A stretch of DNA of 64,000 nucleotides from Aureliella sp. (GTDB lineage: Bacteria > Planctomycetota > Planctomycetia > Pirellulales > Pirellulaceae): positions 3,616,001 through 3,680,000 of the forward strand of contig OY829846.1 in assembly GCA_963691875.1 (NCBI GenBank), in the 5' to 3' direction. The position numbers were made by a program, and so were the translations under genes. The notes under the pieces were generated by a model that made no database searches, had not been told where the DNA came from, and worked only from the letters and a program-made list of their open reading frames with translations. Positions within the stretch are counted from its first letter, which is position 1. Every line of letters starts with the position of its first letter. Positions 59,928 to 64,000 of the stretch are shown piece after piece.

Positions 59928-62927
59928 ATGAATCCAATCGTACCTCGGCAGTTCGGCAATCCGCGACGTCATTTGCCTCGATCAGCTAGCAGACTGAGCT
60001 GGCTCGTCATTCTGATTCTGAGCTTGTTCTGCTCGGCGGGGGTGGGGCAAACAACAGACTCTCTGGACAAAGATTACTCCGCGGAGCTGCCTCGATTCGA
60101 GCCATTGAGTCCAGAGCAAGCGATTGAGAGTCTGGAAGTACTCGATGGCTTCCGCGTCGAGCTGGTGGCGTCAGAGCCCTTGATTGTCGATCCTATTGCT
60201 TTTGCATTTGACGCCCGCAGCCGCCTGTTCGTCGTCGAAATGCGAGACTACAGCGAGCAAGACAAAGAGCACCTAGGACGCATCGCATTGCTGACCGATA
60301 CCGACGGTGATGGCAAAATGGACCACCGCAGCACTTTTGTTGATGGCCTTTCCTGGCCAACCGCTGTTCACCCGTGGCGCGACGGAGTGATCGTTTCCGC
60401 GCCGCCCAGAATGACTTGGTTTCGCGACACGGACGATGATGGCAAAGCGGATCAGTCTGAAGTCTGGTTCGACGGCTTTGGTCGTAGTAATGTACAAGGC
60501 ATGACCAACAGCCTGCGTTGGGGCGTAGACTGTTTCCTGCATGGAGCCACCAGCAGTACGGGCGCTAACCTGCGTTCCAGCAATCAACCTGCGCAGACTT
60601 TGCGTCGAACCGACTTCGCAATTGATCCCTTGGAAAAGACTCTACATCCAGTCAGCGGCGGTGGGCAACATGGCCTGAGCTTCAATCGCTGGGGCGACAA
60701 GTTTGTCACCAGCAACAGCGATCACTTGCAGCAAGTCGTCGACATGCACAGTTGGCTTGCTTCACATCCACTCAAAGTGACGATGCCTGGCCTTCGGAGG
60801 AGTATCGCCCTGGATGGCCAGCAAGCAGAAGTATTTCGGGCCAGCCCGGTCGAAGCTTGGCGCATCGTCCGAACTCGCTTGCGAGTGGGGGGCATCGTCG
60901 GGGGACCAGTCGAAGGCGGAGGCCGAGCAGCTGGTTACTTTACAGGCGCGACGGGCACTTGGATCGCCGACAACGAGGCAGGCTTTAGTCTTGATTCCGA
61001 GGATGCGGCGCTCGTATGCGACGTTGGTAGCAACTTGATCCATCGCAAATCGCTTAAGGACAATGGCTTGTACTGGGAGGCGGATCGGGTAGACGCAGAA
61101 GTCGAACTCTTGCGGTCCACCGACACCTGGTTTCGCCCTGTTCAACTTGGCGATGGCCCAGACGGGGCGGTTTACATCGCAGACATGTATCGCGAAGTGA
61201 TCGAGCACCCGAAGAGCTTGCCGGACGTAATCAAGAAACATCTGGATCTCACTTCAGGACGAGATCGTGGGAGGATCTGGCGCCTCGTTCCCAATTCATC
61301 GCGACTTCCTAAGCTCAGTTCGGTCAATATGACACAATTGAAGGAAGCGGAACTGCTCGACGAACTTGCAAGTCCGATTGCTTGGCGGCGAAGAACGGCC
61401 AGCCAGTTACTGGTAGAGCGTGGTTTTGAGGGCAAGCAGAATCTGCTGAAGGTTGCCGTGAAAGCAAAGCGTCCAGAGGCTCGGGTTTTGGCCATGCACG
61501 TCGCTAGCCGACTGCAGTACTTCGATGCAAATTGGGCGAAACAATTATTGCAAGATAGAAACACCCGAGTGCAAGAACATGCGCTAAAACTGATCCGAGC
61601 AAACGAGCTCGGAAACCAACTCTCAGCGGAGCTCACACAATTCACTCAAGAGATGATCCACGAGAGCCAAGTTGCGCCAGCGAGGGTTAGTCTCGAGTTA
61701 GCAATGCTGACCGCAGACTTTGACATGAAAACCAAGTCAGCTGTCCTTCCAACCCTGATGAAGCAGGCTGAATTACCTTTGCTCCGCGCGACACTTGTGG
61801 ATTCAGCTCAATCTTTAGCACCGGACACTGTAATAGAAGGAATGGAACCCGCGGATCTTGGTCAGTGGCTATCCTTGCTGCTCCCATCATGGATCGACCT
61901 TGCTCGCGAAGACGAACAGCTGCTCAGCTGGCTGGCTGAGCAATTGCTCTTGCCGGATACTTTGGCCGCAGCAGTTTGGATTGAAGCCATATCTCGTGTC
62001 AGCAGCTCACAATACAAGTTGGTTTGCCAGATACTCGGACAGGAGCAGAGAGCCAAACTATGCGACCGGATTCTCGCAAGCGTAGAAAAACAACCCAAAA
62101 AGTTCTTATGGCTCAAGCTACTTCCTACCGAAGACCAGACCGCTTGGATCAAGCAACAACTGAATCCTGGAAACCCAATCGCTTCGCAGTTCCACGCAAT
62201 CGAATTATTGGACTCGGCTAACCATCCGCAGACAGCTTCGACACTCATCAGCAGCTTTCCCCAATTGACCCCGAGCCTTCAGCGACGCGCATTGCAGATC
62301 CTGATCAGTCGAGCCGATTGTACTGCGGCGCTTCTTCAAGCAATCGAAAACCAGACGATTCGGCCCAACCAAATTGATGCTGAAGCCAGAGGCCTGCTTC
62401 GCTCTTCGCGTGATCGCGATGTTGCTTCGCGTGCCAAAGCATTGTTCGGTTCCGCATCGGCCGACCGGAGTGAGATCTTGCGAAAGTACCAAGATGTATT
62501 GAACTCAGTTCGGGATCTGGAGCCGGCAGAAACACTGGAGGCAGGAAAGAAGCACTTTGAAAAATCTTGCTCACAGTGCCATCAAGTAGCTGGCTTGGGC
62601 AGCAATGTTGGCGCGCCACTGAAGCAACTAGGTGAAAAGACGCATGAGCAACTATTGACTGCCATTTTAGATCCAAACCGGGAAGTCGATCCACGATTTC
62701 AAGCTTACTCAGTGCTTGCCGATGGCAAGACACTTGCGGGAGTAATTGAAAGTGAGAGTGCTTCTCAGATTGTCCTTGTCGAGTCGGGTGGTACAAGGCA
62801 CCAGATCCTACGGGAGCACATCGAACTTCTGCACAATCAAGGCAAGTCGCTGATGCCAGTTGGGTTGGAAGACCAATTGACTCCCAAGCAGATGCTGCAG
62901 CTGATTTACTTCCTACAGAACCACTAG
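59928..62927 (+). CDS. PVC-type membrane-bound dehydrogenase domain + HEAT-like + heme c protein
   Basis: GFRVELVASEPLIVDP, DTDGDGKMD, FRPVQL..GPDGAVYIADMYR, RGRIWR; CSQCH; ILDPNREV; SLMPVGLE. Confidence 0.93.
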   Translation: MNPIVPRQFGNPRRHLPRSASRLSWLVILILSLFCSAGVGQTTDSLDKDYSAELPRFEPLSPEQAIESLEVLDGFRVELVASEPLIVDPIAFAFDARSRLFVVEMRDYSEQDKEHLGRIALLTDTDGDGKMDHRSTFVDGLSWPTAVHPWRDGVIVSAPPRMTWFRDTDDDGKADQSEVWFDGFGRSNVQGMTNSLRWGVDCFLHGATSSTGANLRSSNQPAQTLRRTDFAIDPLEKTLHPVSGGGQHGLSFNRWGDKFVTSNSDHLQQVVDMHSWLASHPLKVTMPGLRRSIALDGQQAEVFRASPVEAWRIVRTRLRVGGIVGGPVEGGGRAAGYFTGATGTWIADNEAGFSLDSEDAALVCDVGSNLIHRKSLKDNGLYWEADRVDAEVELLRSTDTWFRPVQLGDGPDGAVYIADMYREVIEHPKSLPDVIKKHLDLTSGRDRGRIWRLVPNSSRLPKLSSVNMTQLKEAELLDELASPIAWRRRTASQLLVERGFEGKQNLLKVAVKAKRPEARVLAMHVASRLQYFDANWAKQLLQDRNTRVQEHALKLIRANELGNQLSAELTQFTQEMIHESQVAPARVSLELAMLTADFDMKTKSAVLPTLMKQAELPLLRATLVDSAQSLAPDTVIEGMEPADLGQWLSLLLPSWIDLAREDEQLLSWLAEQLLLPDTLAAAVWIEAISRVSSSQYKLVCQILGQEQRAKLCDRILASVEKQPKKFLWLKLLPTEDQTAWIKQQLNPGNPIASQFHAIELLDSANHPQTASTLISSFPQLTPSLQRRALQILISRADCTAALLQAIENQTIRPNQIDAEARGLLRSSRDRDVASRAKALFGSASADRSEILRKYQDVLNSVRDLEPAETLEAGKKHFEKSCSQCHQVAGLGSNVGAPLKQLGEKTHEQLLTAILDPNREVDPRFQAYSVLADGKTLAGVIESESASQIVLVESGGTRHQILREHIELLHNQGKSLMPVGLEDQLTPKQMLQLIYFLQNH

Positions 62928-63122
62928 TGAAGAATCGCCAGGACGACTTTGAGTTTCACCTCGCGCGAGATGTTCTTCTGGTACCCTGAATCGTTAGCGA
63001 GGAATCAGCTTTCCCTAGCTATTGCTTCGAATTTACAAAATGCGCTGATTCGAATCATGATTGACCTTAACGAATCGCCAGGCAAATTGTGAGTTCCTAA
63101 GTGCTCTGCTAAATTGAGGCCC

Positions 63123-64000
63123 ATGCGAAAAGGAATAGCCGTTTCTCCCGGGGTCACGATTGGCAATGCTTATTGCATTCATGAGGTTTTCGTCGACCCT
63201 GATCGATCACGACTTGAAGCCAGCGAAGTAGCTGCTGAGCTGGCGAAGTTCGAGAATGCGCGAAAGCAATCGATCCGCGATCTGCGAGCACTGCAGAGTA
63301 AAGTTGAGAACCAAGTTAGCCGTGAGGCAGCAGCAATCTTTGCCGTGCATGTGGCGATACTAAACGATTCCACATTGGTCGGGAAAATTCGATCTTGGAT
63401 CGGTGACGACCGGCTAAGTGCTCCCGCCGCTCTGGCCAAGCTTGTCGAATATTACCGCGAATTGTTTCATCGGTCACAGGACGAATACCTAAAGGAGCGG
63501 CTGGCCGACATTCGCGATGTAATCGAACGCATGACCGGTTTCTTGAGTCCTGCCCTGGAAAATGAGTCGAACCCACTTTCTGGCCCAACCATTGTCATCG
63601 CCGACGAGTTGCTACCGAGCCAAGTCGTAATGCTGGGCGACAAACCGGTTCATGGGATCGTTACGCAGGCCGGTAGCCAAACCAGCCACGCAGCCATCGT
63701 TGCGCGGAGTCGCGGTATTCCGGCGGTGAGCGGTGTCGCGGGAGTACTACGACAAACGAAAACGGGCGATACAGTAATCGTCGATGGTCGCGAAGGCCAT
63801 GTGATTGTAAATCCTGAGCCGGAAGTCTTATCTGCTTACAAGAAGCTAGAACGCGAGTTCTTTGACTTGCAGAATCAGCTGGCTCACAACCGAGATCAGC
63901 AGGCCAGAACAGCAGATGGTATTTCACTTGACTTGATGGCCAACATCAACGGAGTATCTGACGCTCAAAGTGCGACAGCGATGGGCGCCGCAGGGATCGG
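63123..64000 (+). CDS. ptsI: Phosphoenolpyruvate-protein phosphotransferase (PTS enzyme I), 3' end runs off window
   Basis: Absent from the ORF track. Manual translation: MRKGIAVSPGVTIG...AAIFAVH...YLKERLADIRDV...GSQTSHAAIVARSRGIPAV (phospho-His)...LMANI. Confidence 0.95.
   Translation, partial: MRKGIAVSPGVTIGNAYCIHEVFVDPDRSRLEASEVAAELAKFENARKQSIRDLRALQSKVENQVSREAAAIFAVHVAILNDSTLVGKIRSWIGDDRLSAPAALAKLVEYYRELFHRSQDEYLKERLADIRDVIERMTGFLSPALENESNPLSGPTIVIADELLPSQVVMLGDKPVHGIVTQAGSQTSHAAIVARSRGIPAVSGVAGVLRQTKTGDTVIVDGREGHVIVNPEPEVLSAYKKLEREFFDLQNQLAHNRDQQARTADGISLDLMANINGVSDAQSATAMGAAGI

Overview
Bacterial chromosomal window, most likely Planctomycetota (Pirellulaceae-like). This assignment rests on PVC-typical families: a DUF1592/DUF1552 pair, a cytochrome-c/WD40/PPC protein, a PVC-type heme-binding dehydrogenase, a PQQ-propeller protein and a MoxR-DUF58-BatA-vWA-prenyltransferase operon. 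About 37 intact or edge-truncated CDS are supported: LPS/glycan genes (GT2, waaF-like, GT4, gmd), a 13-kb translationally coupled MoxR operon, oleD-like SDR, ctpA, an HtrA protease, selO, a GH13_18 phosphorylase, nadB, carA, a DinG helicase, fabH, a MacA-like adaptor and ptsI. I saw no rRNA, tRNA, CRISPR array, integrase or intact transposase. I cannot show a wholly new system from sequence alone. The best leads are: (i) the six-gene MoxR/vWA/giant coiled-coil/secreted alpha-alpha-barrel module; (ii) the di-heme DUF1592-DUF1552-unknown triad with a perfect palindrome upstream; (iii) a carA leader resembling the UTP-sensing pyrBI start (TACAAT-N6-AATTTG, hairpin, T-rich run); (iv) possible C-terminal Ala-Ala degrons on glycan enzymes; (v) a high density of broken genes. 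All family calls come from motif recognition by eye, not database searches.
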